Positions 37,612 through 48,500 of a DNA stretch of 64,000 nt are shown here, one piece after another. This DNA comes from a bacterium (lineage in GTDB: Bacteria; Cyanobacteriota; Vampirovibrionia; Vampirovibrionales; Vampirovibrionaceae). Location: the NCBI GenBank assembly GCA_030429585.1, contig JAUIEU010000001.1, forward strand, positions 353,982 to 417,981. The letters run 5' to 3'. The translations under genes and the position numbers were made by a program. The notes beneath the pieces were generated by a model that saw nothing but the letters and a program-made list of their open reading frames with translations, ran no database searches and was not told the origin of the DNA. Each line of letters starts with the position of its first letter. Position 1 is the stretch's first letter.

Positions 37612-38760
37612 TTACTGTGGTGTGTTACCCAGTTTTGCCAGCACTTTGTCAGGGATATCCAAGGTGCGAATAGGAAAGGGGATGTTAATCCCTTCTGCGT
37701 TAAAGCGTTTGTGGAGCCGCTTAATAAAGGTGTGTTTTAGCTCTAGGTGTTCAGCATACTCCCGAGAGGGTAACAGTAGGTCAAAGTTAATGCTGCTATC
37801 CCCAAAGCCGGTGTAGCGAATTTTAGGGACTTGGTTAAAGCTGCCGGTGTAAAAGGCCTCTAGGCATTGGGTGGCCTCATCCATGGCGGCGGCTTCAGCA
37901 GCGTCTAAATCGCTGGCATAGCTAACCCCTACAGTAATCGGGAAGTAAAATTGGTTGGTGGGCATTTGGTAGTTGGTAACAATGGCGTTGGCTAGTTTTG
38001 TGTTGGGCACAATAATCAGGTTTTGTGCAATTTGCCGTACAGTGGTATTTCGCCAAGAAATATCCACAACGGTGCCCTCTTCGCCAGAATCCAGCTGGAT
38101 GTAATCGCCCACATTAATTTGCCCGGCAATTACAATATGCAGCCCGGCAAAAAAGTTGGCCATGGTATCTTGCAAGGCTAAAGAAATGGCTAAACCACCC
38201 ACCCCTAGTGCGGTAATAATAGGCATAACCGATATGCCCATGGTTTGCAGTACGACGAGGCCGCCAATAAGGTAAATAAGCACACGTGTAAGAAGAACAA
38301 AAATGCTGGCAGACCCAACAACCTGCGGGTATTTGGCCAAGTACCATTGGAGCAGTTCGCCGACAATGCGAGAGGTAATTACCACAAAGGAGAACACAAA
38401 GAGGATAGTAACAGCCTGTTGAATATGTCCCTGAACCCCATCGCCAACGGGTAGGCTAAAGGCCACTTCGTATAGGGTGAATAGGGATACCCACAACCAC
38501 ACCATGCCGTTGCTAGCCAATGCCAGTGTGTTGGCAATGGTGGGGGGGATAACAGAAATCTTGGTGCGTACAATTTGCCGGAGGCGGCTGGCAAGGGCCT
38601 TTTCTAAAATAAGGCCTAGCAGTATGCCCAGCAGGGTTACCCCTAGTGGAATGGCCCAGCTAATAATGATGGGTAGCCATTCGTCTTTCATTTGTTCTAG
38701 TAATTCCATAAAGGAGCGCCTTTGCCCAATGAGGAGGTAACTTACCGGGCAGTATACCAA
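37612..38760 (-). CDS. mechanosensitive ion channel, MscS family
   Basis: Three or four TM helices, then an MscS beta domain (NVGDYIQLDSGEEGTVVDISWRNTTVRQ...IVPN). Confidence 0.85.
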   Translation of the reverse strand: MVYCPVSYLLIGQRRSFMELLEQMKDEWLPIIISWAIPLGVTLLGILLGLILEKALASRLRQIVRTKISVIPPTIANTLALASNGMVWLWVSLFTLYEVAFSLPVGDGVQGHIQQAVTILFVFSFVVITSRIVGELLQWYLAKYPQVVGSASIFVLLTRVLIYLIGGLVVLQTMGISVMPIITALGVGGLAISLALQDTMANFFAGLHIVIAGQINVGDYIQLDSGEEGTVVDISWRNTTVRQIAQNLIIVPNTKLANAIVTNYQMPTNQFYFPITVGVSYASDLDAAEAAAMDEATQCLEAFYTGSFNQVPKIRYTGFGDSSINFDLLLPSREYAEHLELKHTFIKRLHKRFNAEGINIPFPIRTLDIPDKVLAKLGNTPQ

Positions 38761-38836
38761 ATCGGCACCATGGATTCCATGATGCCGATATACATAGGTT
38801 GGGGCTGTTACTGTACTGTTGGGCGCTTAGGGAGGG

Positions 38837-40723
38837 TTACTTAGAGGAAAGGTCGTTCTTCTCAAGCTCATCGTCATCGCTAGCAAGCTGGAGTAAGAGA
38901 ATAGGGTCATCGTTTGTGGAAGTGGTGTTGCTGGTTTCCACCATCCGGTAATCTAGGTTGGGTTTAACGCTAGGGCGCTGGTTTATCACCTTAGCCTGGG
39001 TGGCATTGGCGTTGGTTGGCACGTTAGCGTTACCCACGCGGGTAAGTGCACCCGTTTGGGTGGTGCCGTTTTGTGGAGCGGTGCTGCCTGTGGTGCTATC
39101 GCGTCGGGTGGCGGTGTTAATGGCAGGTAATTCTGGGGCGGCTGGGCGCGCTACCCGGTTAAGGTATACCTTGCCGTTGTTGGCCTTGGCGGATTTTAGT
39201 ACATCCCCTTCTAACAGCTGTAGGGGCTGGTTACGCCGGCCAATGTGGCGGTTTTTTGTGCTGAGTTTAATGTGGCCGTCTGCCCCAATGGTACCGTTAC
39301 CGTTAATGCCGTTTTGGGCTTTAATAACCGTGTTTTTGCCTGCCGCCATGGTGCCATTATTCCGCACCGCATTGGCGGTTACCTTAATGTTACCAGTGGT
39401 GGTGCTTACATCACCCTGATTAACCACGTTGCGGCTGGCGTTTACGGTAACATTTCGGCCAGAAACAGCGGCCTTGTTAATAATATGGCCGTTACGGGTG
39501 GTTAGCTTTGCGGTTTTACCAGCGTTTACATCGCCTGCAATAATTAGGTTGCCGCGCTGTGTAGCAACGTTCACGTTGTTTTTAACGTCGGCGCTGGTTA
39601 GGGTTAAGTGGTTGGCTTCGTTGATGGTGGCGCTGCCGTTGCTGGCCAGTAGGGTTAGGTTTCGCACGTTGGTATTGGCTTTAATGTTGCCCTGTTTAGA
39701 GTCTAACGTGACATTACGGCCGTATAGGGTACCCGCACCTTTAATATGTTTTTTGGCGGTTAGTACCACGCTTTTGCTGCCACTTTGGCCAATTTGCCCT
39801 TGGTTTAGGATGTGCTTACCACTATCGATGGCAATGGTGTGGTTAGAGAGTACTTTACCACTGTTTTGGATGTTGCCATGGCTGGCAATCAGCTCTACCG
39901 TACCGTTTACATCTGCCACGGTGTTGGCCTGTATGCGGCCTGTGTTGTTAATAACCTTGCTGTACAGCTGTTTGCTTAGCTCGGCGTGTAGTTTTACCGT
40001 GTTACCATGGATGGTACCCGTGTTTAGGATGGCGTGGCGTAGGGCGCGTATCTTTTTGGCAATGCCGTCATCAATGGTGACTTCGGTTAGCAGGCCATCG
40101 TCGGTGGCCAAGGTTACGGTGTTGCCAACCACCAGTTGGGCAGCACCGCGCCGGGCCAGGATAGTACCGCTATTGCTAATCTGTTTACCAATAAGCGTGG
40201 CCCCGTTTTTAGCAATAATACGGCCTTCATTTACCACAGAGCCCGCTTGGTTGCCCCCGGTAAACTGCATATTACCAGAGAGGAAGCTATCGTTGGTGAT
40301 GTTGAGGGTGGAGGCCACTAGCCCAGATACGTTGACGCTAGCCGTAGGGCCAAACACAATACCGGCGGGGTTTACCAGTAAAATAGTGCCGTTACCCGTT
40401 AATCGACCGTGGATTTGGGTAGGGTTGCCATCCACAATGCGGTTCAGGGAAACACTATTGCTTTGGGCAAAACGAAAGTTGACTCGCTCGTTGCGGGCAA
40501 TATTAAAGTTGTCATGCTCTAAAATGGATTGACGGGTGGCTACATTGATTGTGGTGGTGTTGCCGCGCTGGCTTACGGTGGCATTGCCATTAACCACGGT
40601 GGTGCCGGTGGGTAGTGCCCAGCTGCTGCCCATAGTAAGTAGTACACCTAAGCTGCCCGCAAGTAGTTGGCGCGCCACTTTACCGTGGGGCTGGGGGGCT
40701 AGGGGAGCGTTTAGGTGAAACAT
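38837..40723 (-). CDS. short TpsA-like exoprotein (filamentous-haemagglutinin N-terminal TPS domain, 628 aa)
   Basis: Signal peptide, then a TPS domain with ...ILLVNPAGIVFGPTASVNVSGLVASTLNI, a paralog of the giant TpsA N-terminus. Beta-helical repeats and an acidic C-terminus. Confidence 0.8.
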   Translation of the reverse strand: MFHLNAPLAPQPHGKVARQLLAGSLGVLLTMGSSWALPTGTTVVNGNATVSQRGNTTTINVATRQSILEHDNFNIARNERVNFRFAQSNSVSLNRIVDGNPTQIHGRLTGNGTILLVNPAGIVFGPTASVNVSGLVASTLNITNDSFLSGNMQFTGGNQAGSVVNEGRIIAKNGATLIGKQISNSGTILARRGAAQLVVGNTVTLATDDGLLTEVTIDDGIAKKIRALRHAILNTGTIHGNTVKLHAELSKQLYSKVINNTGRIQANTVADVNGTVELIASHGNIQNSGKVLSNHTIAIDSGKHILNQGQIGQSGSKSVVLTAKKHIKGAGTLYGRNVTLDSKQGNIKANTNVRNLTLLASNGSATINEANHLTLTSADVKNNVNVATQRGNLIIAGDVNAGKTAKLTTRNGHIINKAAVSGRNVTVNASRNVVNQGDVSTTTGNIKVTANAVRNNGTMAAGKNTVIKAQNGINGNGTIGADGHIKLSTKNRHIGRRNQPLQLLEGDVLKSAKANNGKVYLNRVARPAAPELPAINTATRRDSTTGSTAPQNGTTQTGALTRVGNANVPTNANATQAKVINQRPSVKPNLDYRMVETSNTTSTNDDPILLLQLASDDDELEKNDLSSK

Positions 40724-40810
40724 ATCGTGTGGCTTCCTACTTAATAATAAATACTTAGTTATATCTTAAGTATATATTCTGTAGTGACCATTTTTCATCC
40801 ACCAGGCGGG

Positions 40811-40852
40811 TATAAAATAAAACCGGATGTATACCTAATGGTCTACACCCGG
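40811..40852 (-). terminator. intrinsic terminator after the TM-helix-repeat gene
   Basis: Stem CCGGGTGTA/TACATCCGG (one mismatch) followed on the minus strand by TTTTATTTTATA. Confidence 0.55.
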
Positions 40853-40907
40853 CTTATAGATTAAAGATTATGGTTTGTTTGCCGAAAATACTCAGAATTT
40901 ATGGTGG

Positions 40908-42407
40908 CTATTCGCGGAGGTTAGCCCGCGCCTCTTTGAGTACATCAGCAGCAATATCTCGCCCACCAATGCCAAAGGCAATGGCAGCAGCAACGCCCAC
41001 AGCACCTACCAAGGTGCCAAAGGCCAGGTTAATAATATCGTTGGCTAGGCCCATTTGTTGGATGCCCATTGCCGCAGAGATAATAATAATAGCGCTTTTG
41101 GCAAGTAAGGCCAGCAGTTGCCCGTTCTGTACGTTGGATTGCCGGATCATACGGGCTGTAAAGTTAGCCAAGAATAGGCCAACAGCCAGTACCAGTAAGC
41201 CCATTAAAATGTGGCCTGCCACCACCAGCAAATCCTGCAAAATCAGGGTAATGTTGGTCAACTTTAGGATATTGAGCACCTCGATACCAATAAAGTATAG
41301 GATGGCAATTTTAACTAGGTGGCCCGCTAATTGGGTAGGCGCTACCACATTGGGGTTTTGGGCCGTATCGTCTCCTTGTAGGCCTAACCAGCTCCATAGG
41401 TTTTCAAAGCCAAAGGTTTCTAACATGCTAACCACAAGCTTGGCAATGCCGTTGGCCAGCACAATGCCCAAGCCAAACAGCACCATGGCGCCTAATAGTA
41501 GTGGGATGTATTCGAAGATAACCGTTAGCATGGCTTTGGCTGGCTCGGCAATGGCAGCAATGGCCAGGGTATCCAAGGCAGAGATGATAACGGGGATAAG
41601 GATAATAAAGTACACCAACTGGCCAGCAATTTGGCTAGCGGTGTGGTTTTTAAAGATGTGGCCAATACCCACCTTGTTGGCAAAGGTATCTAAGCCTAAG
41701 GCTTGCAGTAGGCTGCTGGTTAAACGCTTAACCACGTTGCTAACAAACCAACCAATGGCAAAAATAAGGGCCGCCGATAGAATGTTAGGCAGGTAACTGA
41801 GTACTTCGTTCATCATGCCCATCACAGGGACAAGCATGCCGTGGAGTTCAAAGGCCGCTAAAATGCTGGGGATGAAGAGTAAGAAGATGAACCAGTAGGA
41901 AACATCGCCAATACTTTTGCTTAGCCCAATAGGGGCTGTGTCATCGCCCGGCATATGCTGGGTCATTTTTTCATCTAAGGTGGTTAGGCTTAGTAGTTTA
42001 ACAATTAGGCTACGCACGACGGTGGCCAGTATCCAGGCAAGGGCAATGAGTAAGCCGCCACCAAGTAAGCTGGGCATGTAGCTAAACACCTTGTTAAGCA
42101 AGGTGTTTAAGGGTTGGGTAACAATAGAAAGCCCCAATGTTTGGAACACCCCAACCAGTACAATGAGCATAAGCAGGTAGTACAGCAGGGTGGCAATTTT
42201 CTTTTCTGCCGGTACCAAAAAGGTGGCTTGGTTCCCAAGTAAGTCTGTGAGCATTCGGTTTAGCGGGGTTTTGGCAATAATGCTGCCAATAATCATGCTA
42301 ATAACCAGTGCTAGCATCCAGCCAACAATTAAAAACGCCCCTGCACCGAGCAAACTCGGCATATATTGGCTAACGGCGGTTACCATTTCGTTTATTGCGG
42401 GATTCAT
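40908..42407 (-). CDS. polytopic membrane protein built from four 'conserved TM helix' repeats (PF05552-like, as in the N-terminal part of MscK/YbiO-type channels) without an MscS domain
   Basis: A four-fold repeat of Y[MLI]P.LLG.....[IL].GW......... (YMPSLLGAGAFLIVGW, YMPSLLGGGLLIALAW, YLPNILSAALIFAIGW, YIPLLLGAMVLFGLG). Confidence 0.7.
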   Translation of the reverse strand: MNPAINEMVTAVSQYMPSLLGAGAFLIVGWMLALVISMIIGSIIAKTPLNRMLTDLLGNQATFLVPAEKKIATLLYYLLMLIVLVGVFQTLGLSIVTQPLNTLLNKVFSYMPSLLGGGLLIALAWILATVVRSLIVKLLSLTTLDEKMTQHMPGDDTAPIGLSKSIGDVSYWFIFLLFIPSILAAFELHGMLVPVMGMMNEVLSYLPNILSAALIFAIGWFVSNVVKRLTSSLLQALGLDTFANKVGIGHIFKNHTASQIAGQLVYFIILIPVIISALDTLAIAAIAEPAKAMLTVIFEYIPLLLGAMVLFGLGIVLANGIAKLVVSMLETFGFENLWSWLGLQGDDTAQNPNVVAPTQLAGHLVKIAILYFIGIEVLNILKLTNITLILQDLLVVAGHILMGLLVLAVGLFLANFTARMIRQSNVQNGQLLALLAKSAIIIISAAMGIQQMGLANDIINLAFGTLVGAVGVAAAIAFGIGGRDIAADVLKEARANLRE

Positions 42408-42597
42408 GCCCCTACCTCCTCACCTGTAAATACAAATAGTAGGCAACCGTATTAGATTGCTACCCAATACATGGTACCAAAAAGGCACCTGTTTCTATAC
42501 GGCAGGTAACGGTGGCGGTGGCCAAAAAGCCAACAACCCCCGGCCACAATGGATAGAGGGTTGTTGAGAACTATGAATTTTCGGGCAAATAGAAGGC

Positions 42598-45500
42598 TTA
42601 GTCTTCAGAAGATTCGTCTTCCACGGCCACGAAGCTAAAGCCACCATCGTCGCTCTCGCCGCCATCTTCCTCGATGAGACGTAAGTCGAAGGGTTGGCCA
42701 AAGTCGGTGCGCTCGTTAATAATTTGGGCTTCAACCGCGGTGGTTTCGCCATCGCCAATAACGCCGTCAACACTTTCAAAGGCTTTGTTGAACAGGTCAC
42801 GTAGGCGGTTGTAATCCACGGTTAGGTAAGGCAGGCCTTCTCGGTTTAAGGCATCGCCCAAGCTACCCAGCGCTAGGAAGTTACCGTTGAAGATAACGGC
42901 GCCAGGAGGGGTGCCAAGTACGTTGAGTGTGTTGCTTGGATTAACGACACCGTTAATAACAATACTAGTACCTGCCACTTGGCCATTCGCGCCAACGCTT
43001 AGGCTACCGTTACGAACCAGTACATCAAAGGGGTCGCCGATGGTACCAATAATACCGCCAGCCGTTAGGCGAGATGCACCATTGGCCACTAGGTTCACGG
43101 CACCACCATTACCATCTAGCAGGCTGCCAACCACATCAACAAACACTTGGTCGCCTTGCAGGCGTCCGGCCAGTACGGTACCGCTGCCTAGTGGGTCAAA
43201 CACACCCGGGGTATTGGTGCCGTTGCTAAAGCGTAGGTTACCGCCCGCTACCATAGAACGGATGATTACCGAGTTGGCATCGAAGATGCTGGTGGTACCG
43301 CCACTAGTGGTGGTTAAGAAGCTAGCGTTGGTATCTAGCGTAATGCCATCAGAGGCGTTCAGTACCATTTCTTCGCCGCTCACCAGGCCGGGGCCACTTA
43401 GGTTACCGTCTAGGGCGCTTAGGTTCACATTATCGTTGCCAAGCACATCAGCATTAACATCAATATCACCTTGGGCTGCCATGCTCACGCTGGAATCACC
43501 GGTAACCAGGTTGTTGATTTGAATGCTGCCGTCATCGTTGTTGATAGTAATGTCTGTGGCGGTTTGTTCGCCTTTAATATCAATATCACCGGCGCCAATA
43601 CTCGTTACTTGTAACGTGCCTTGGGCTTGGCCGCGGCGTAGTTTCACATCATCGGCTTCATCTACAAAAGCAGACCCGTTTTTAGCCGTAATGCGTAGTT
43701 TGTTAGCGTCTGTATTTAATGGGTCAGCCGCGCTACCAATATTACCATTTTTGGCTTTCAGTTTTACTAAATCGCCACCCACAGTGCCGGTGCCGCTAAT
43801 GCTGTTTTCAGCCGTCACGTCAGCCGTGTTGGTGGCGGTAACGGTGTTATTAACGATGATATCACCGCTTTTGTTATCGATAACGATATCAGTACCCGTT
43901 TGTTCGCCAGTAATTGTAATATCGCCAGCGTCTTTGCTGGTCACTTGCAAGTCATCTTGCGCATTAGACTTGCGCAGAATCACATCATCGGCTTCATTCA
44001 CAAAGGCAGAACCGTTGTTGGCGTTAATGCGCAGCTTATTGGCTTCCGTTTCAAACGGGGTGGCTTCGCTGCCCACATCGCCATTTTTGGCCTTTAGGCG
44101 GACTAAATCGCCGCGGGTTAAGCCAGTGCCGCTAATGTTATTCTCAGTGATTAGTCTCACGTCGCCTTCACCTGGGATAGCCTCGTGGCCTGGACGGCTA
44201 AATCCGCCGCCACCGTAGCTAAAGGTATCATCGGTTTCAACGCCCGCTTCGATAAGCCCATCGTTAATAATATCGTTGCCAGCGGTACCCGTCACATCAC
44301 CGGCAGCGCTTACACGGCCAGAGTCGTTCACGGTAATGTTTTTACCCGCAGTTAGTGTAATATCGCCGTGGGTGTCATCAATCAGTACTTTAGTAGTACG
44401 GCTAGGTTTAATAACGTCGCCGGATGAGGCCGAAGGGGTTTCTACAATACCATTGATGGTAATGTTTTTGCCCGCCGTGGCATCAATGGAGTGGCCAGCA
44501 CGAACTTCGCCTTTAGAGGTAACTTTAATGTTTTTGCCAGCATCTAACGCTACTCGGCCTTCGCTAAGGGCATCGCTGCCACCACCGTAGCTAAAGATAC
44601 CATCGTCTTCGTAGCCTGCTTGAACCAGTCCTTTAACGGTAATGTTGTTACCCGCGTCGCCACGAACGCGACGACTGGCGATAACCTCGCCGTTTTTGCC
44701 GACGGTAATATCACCATCAATGGCATCCAAGGTAACGACACCGGAGCGATCGCGGGGGCTAACAGGGCCACGACGACCGGGGCCACCACGGCCCATGGTT
44801 GGGTCATACGCTTCAACAAGCCCGTCGATGGTTATGTCATTTTGAGCGGTGGCATCAACGCGGCTTCCGGCAATAGCAGCGCCAGATTCGCTAACGTTAA
44901 TGTCGTTGCCTGCATCCAGTTCAATATTGCCGCCGAATAAAAGGCCAGGTACGGGCGAACCACCTCTTGTGGCAGGTCTGCTAAACAATAGCGGTTGGCC
45001 AGCAATTACGGTGCCATCGATTTGAATATTGTTACCGGCGTTACCGCTAACTAGGTTTTGGCCAATCACAATGCCGCCGTCGCTCACCGTAATATCGCCA
45101 TTGGTGGCGGTTAGGTTAACCGAACCGGGCGCAACCGGTGGGGGAACAGCTGCTGCGGTACGAACCGCAACCCGTGGGGATAAGTTTAAGGCACTAACAA
45201 TGCCATCCACATTAATGTTATTAACGGCTGTACCGGTAATAGAATTACCCGCAAAGATGCCGCCAGTGGCACTTACGGTAACATCGTTACCTGCGTTCAG
45301 GTCAACATCGCCGCCTTCCAGGGTGAAGGGTATTGGGCCACCAAGGGTACGTAGGGGAATACCGCCACCACCGTAGCTAAAGATATCATCGGGATGAACG
45401 CCAGCTTCTACCAAGCCATTCACCGTAATGTTGTTACCTGCATCCACATCAACGGTGTTATCCGCCAGGATAAGGCCATCGACGCCAACCGTCACGTTAT

Positions 45501-48500
45501 TGACGGCATCCAGCTTAACGGTGCCCGTGTGTGGGCCGCTGCCGCTGTAATCAAAACGGAAGTCAGACAGGCCTGATTCAACAGCGCCGTTTACCGTAAT
45601 GTTATTGCCTGCTTTGGCATCTACCATTTTGGCACCATGGACAACACCATTGACGCCAATCGTAACGTTATTACCCGCATCTAGCGTCACCGTATCACCT
45701 TCTAGCGGTATCTTGGTGGTTTTAGTGACTTTACTAATATCGCCAGGGCCGTGGTGGGTATCTACCAAGCCATTAATTAGGATGTCATCGGCCGCAGTAA
45801 TGGTAACGTTGGTGCCTAAAATGTCGCCAGGAACGCCAATCGTCACATCATCGTTACTGTTAATGGTGACATCACCACCTGCTTCAATGGAGCCGTTGTT
45901 AATAATGTCTTGGCCTTCGGCAAAGGCGACAGGGCCAAATTGGTCAAGGGTCACGTTATTATCGGCATGGATATGACCACCAACCTGGTTGGTAATGTCT
46001 TCTTTAACGCGAATTACGATGTTATTACCATGGATATCACCACCGTTGGCGACACTACCATTCGTCGCTTCAATCTTGGCTTTTTTAGCGGCGTCAATAT
46101 CGCCTTGGTTAATAATGTTGCTGGTATCCGCCGTTAGGGTCACTTTGCCCTCTTCAGCTTCAATACTACCCGTTTCGGTATTAAAGATGGTACCGACACT
46201 TGCATTGATGGTTAGGTCTTCGCGCTTAGCAAATAAGCGGCCATCGTTACGAACACTCTTGGCATCAATATCCAGGTTGCGACGACCTTTAATAAAGGCA
46301 TCTACTTTATTTTCAACACGGTGTGCCGCATCAATATCAACATCACGGCCACGAATATCACCGCTGTTTTCCACGTCATCGCCAGCGTTTAAAACAACAT
46401 CTCTACTGGCAAACAGGGTACCGGCTGTCGTGTTAATAATGTCATCACCTTCTTGGAAGGTGCCTGAATCTCCAGCGTTGATAATCAGGTCGTTTGCAGA
46501 ACTCATGGCCCCGCTGTTGGTGACTGTGCTACCAAGGGCATCAATGGTGATATCGCCGGTGGTGCTGGTAATGCTGCCGGGTGCTGTGTTGGTCACATCA
46601 TCCATGGTGGTGATGGCTACGCTCGCCCCTTGAACAGAACCGGTATTATCAAAATCATCGCGCGAGGTAATGGTCACCGCGCCGCCAGCATCAATGCCGC
46701 CATTGTTAATTATATCAGCGCCTTCCAGGTGAACGGTGCTGTTACCACGTGAACGAAGCTCTACCGTATCAGTGGCTTCAATCGTACCGCCGGTGCTGTT
46801 TTCCACGTTGTCAAACGCTAACATGACTACTCGACTGCCGCTTAGCGAACCGCTGTTAATTGCGGTGGTGTCAGCCATCAGGCGAGTCATGCGATTCGCC
46901 TCTACCGTGCCAGTGTTCTCTACTTCGCCCATATCAGAGGTGAGTAGTACGTGGCGGCTAACGGATTCAATGGTACCGTCGTTTTTCAGGTTGCCAACGG
47001 TGTCAATGGTCACATCGTTGTTGGTGGCGGTAATGGCGCCATCGGTATCTACGGTGTTGGCGTCAATATCTACGCCTTGGTTACCAGTAATGGCGCTATC
47101 GGCTTCTGATGTGAACTTATCAGCTGCGGTAATTTTTACTGTGCCGCCTGTGCTGGTAACGCTACCGGTACCGTTATTGGCAACCGAATCACCGGCGTTT
47201 AGGGTGACATCGCCAGCAGCCGCAATGCTGCCGGTGTTGGTAATGTTATCGTTGGTGCCGGGAGTGGCCGAATCGCCACTATTAATAGCAACCTTGGCGG
47301 CAGAGCTAATACTACCGTTATTGGTAACGTTGCTTTGTTGGCTGCCTACAGCAGAGGTAATGGTTACATCGCCAGTGGTGGAGGTTAATGAGCCGTTGTT
47401 GGTAATATCATCATCGCTAGTAACAGCAACGGTTGTACCGCTCACTGTCGCATCGTTGGTAACGTTATCGACACTATGTAGGGTAACGCCACCACCCGAA
47501 GAGGTGATCATACCATCGGTGGCTAGTTCATCGGCGGCATTAACGTTGACGTATTCACTGCCCGCTATGGTCGGCGTATTGCCAGATCTATCGCGAATAT
47601 CAATGTTATCGCCAGCGGTAATATCCACTTTGTTACCGTTACCAATAGTGCTGTTGCCTTCAATAATAATGTCATCGCCAGCGTTCAGGTTTACGCGATT
47701 AGCGGCGGTTACGCTGGCATCCGTAATGGTGATATCACGGAAGTTCTCTGGGCTAGCAGCGTCACCCGTAATAAAATTAACATTGGCGGTACCGTGGACG
47801 CTACCCCCATCTACTTTAATATCATCGGCGGCAAAGGCATCGACGGTTTGAGCTTGAATGGTGCCCCCCGTGTTTTCAATATCATCGGCGGCCTGCATGT
47901 TTAGACGGGTGGCTGCTGTAATGGTGCCTCTGTTAATAATATCGTTACCTTCAATCTTGGCGCTGTAGTTCCATGGGGCGCCAGTTTTCAGGTGGATTTG
48001 GTCCACATCCGATAGAATTTGGCCAGTCGCATCGTTGGTGATTTTGCGGGCATCAATGGTTACTCGGCCGTTGTTAGCTTGGATGGTGCCTTTGTTTAGC
48101 ACGTTACCGTTCTGGTTGTTATCCGAATCCGCCGTAATGTTGAGCGCGCCATTGGTAGCCGTTACGGAAGCACCCGTATTGATTTCGGTTTCGCCAGTGG
48201 CGGTAAAGTCAACGGTTTCACCAGTAACAGATACGCCGTTGGATACATCCAAGTTGCCATTGTTGTTGGTAATAGCAACATTTTTAGCCGTGGTGTTGCC
48301 AGTGACGATAACTTCACCCGCGCCGGTACTGGCCAACGCCAGCATGTTGGCAACGTTACTGGCGCCCAGGTCGATGTTATCTAAATCACTTACAAACGCA
48401 CTGTCGCCAGCATTCAGGGTGACGGTATCCGCGTCAATCATCAGCGGGTTAGCTGCATCGGTGCCGATGTTGCCATCAGTCGCCGTTAGGTTAAGGGTTT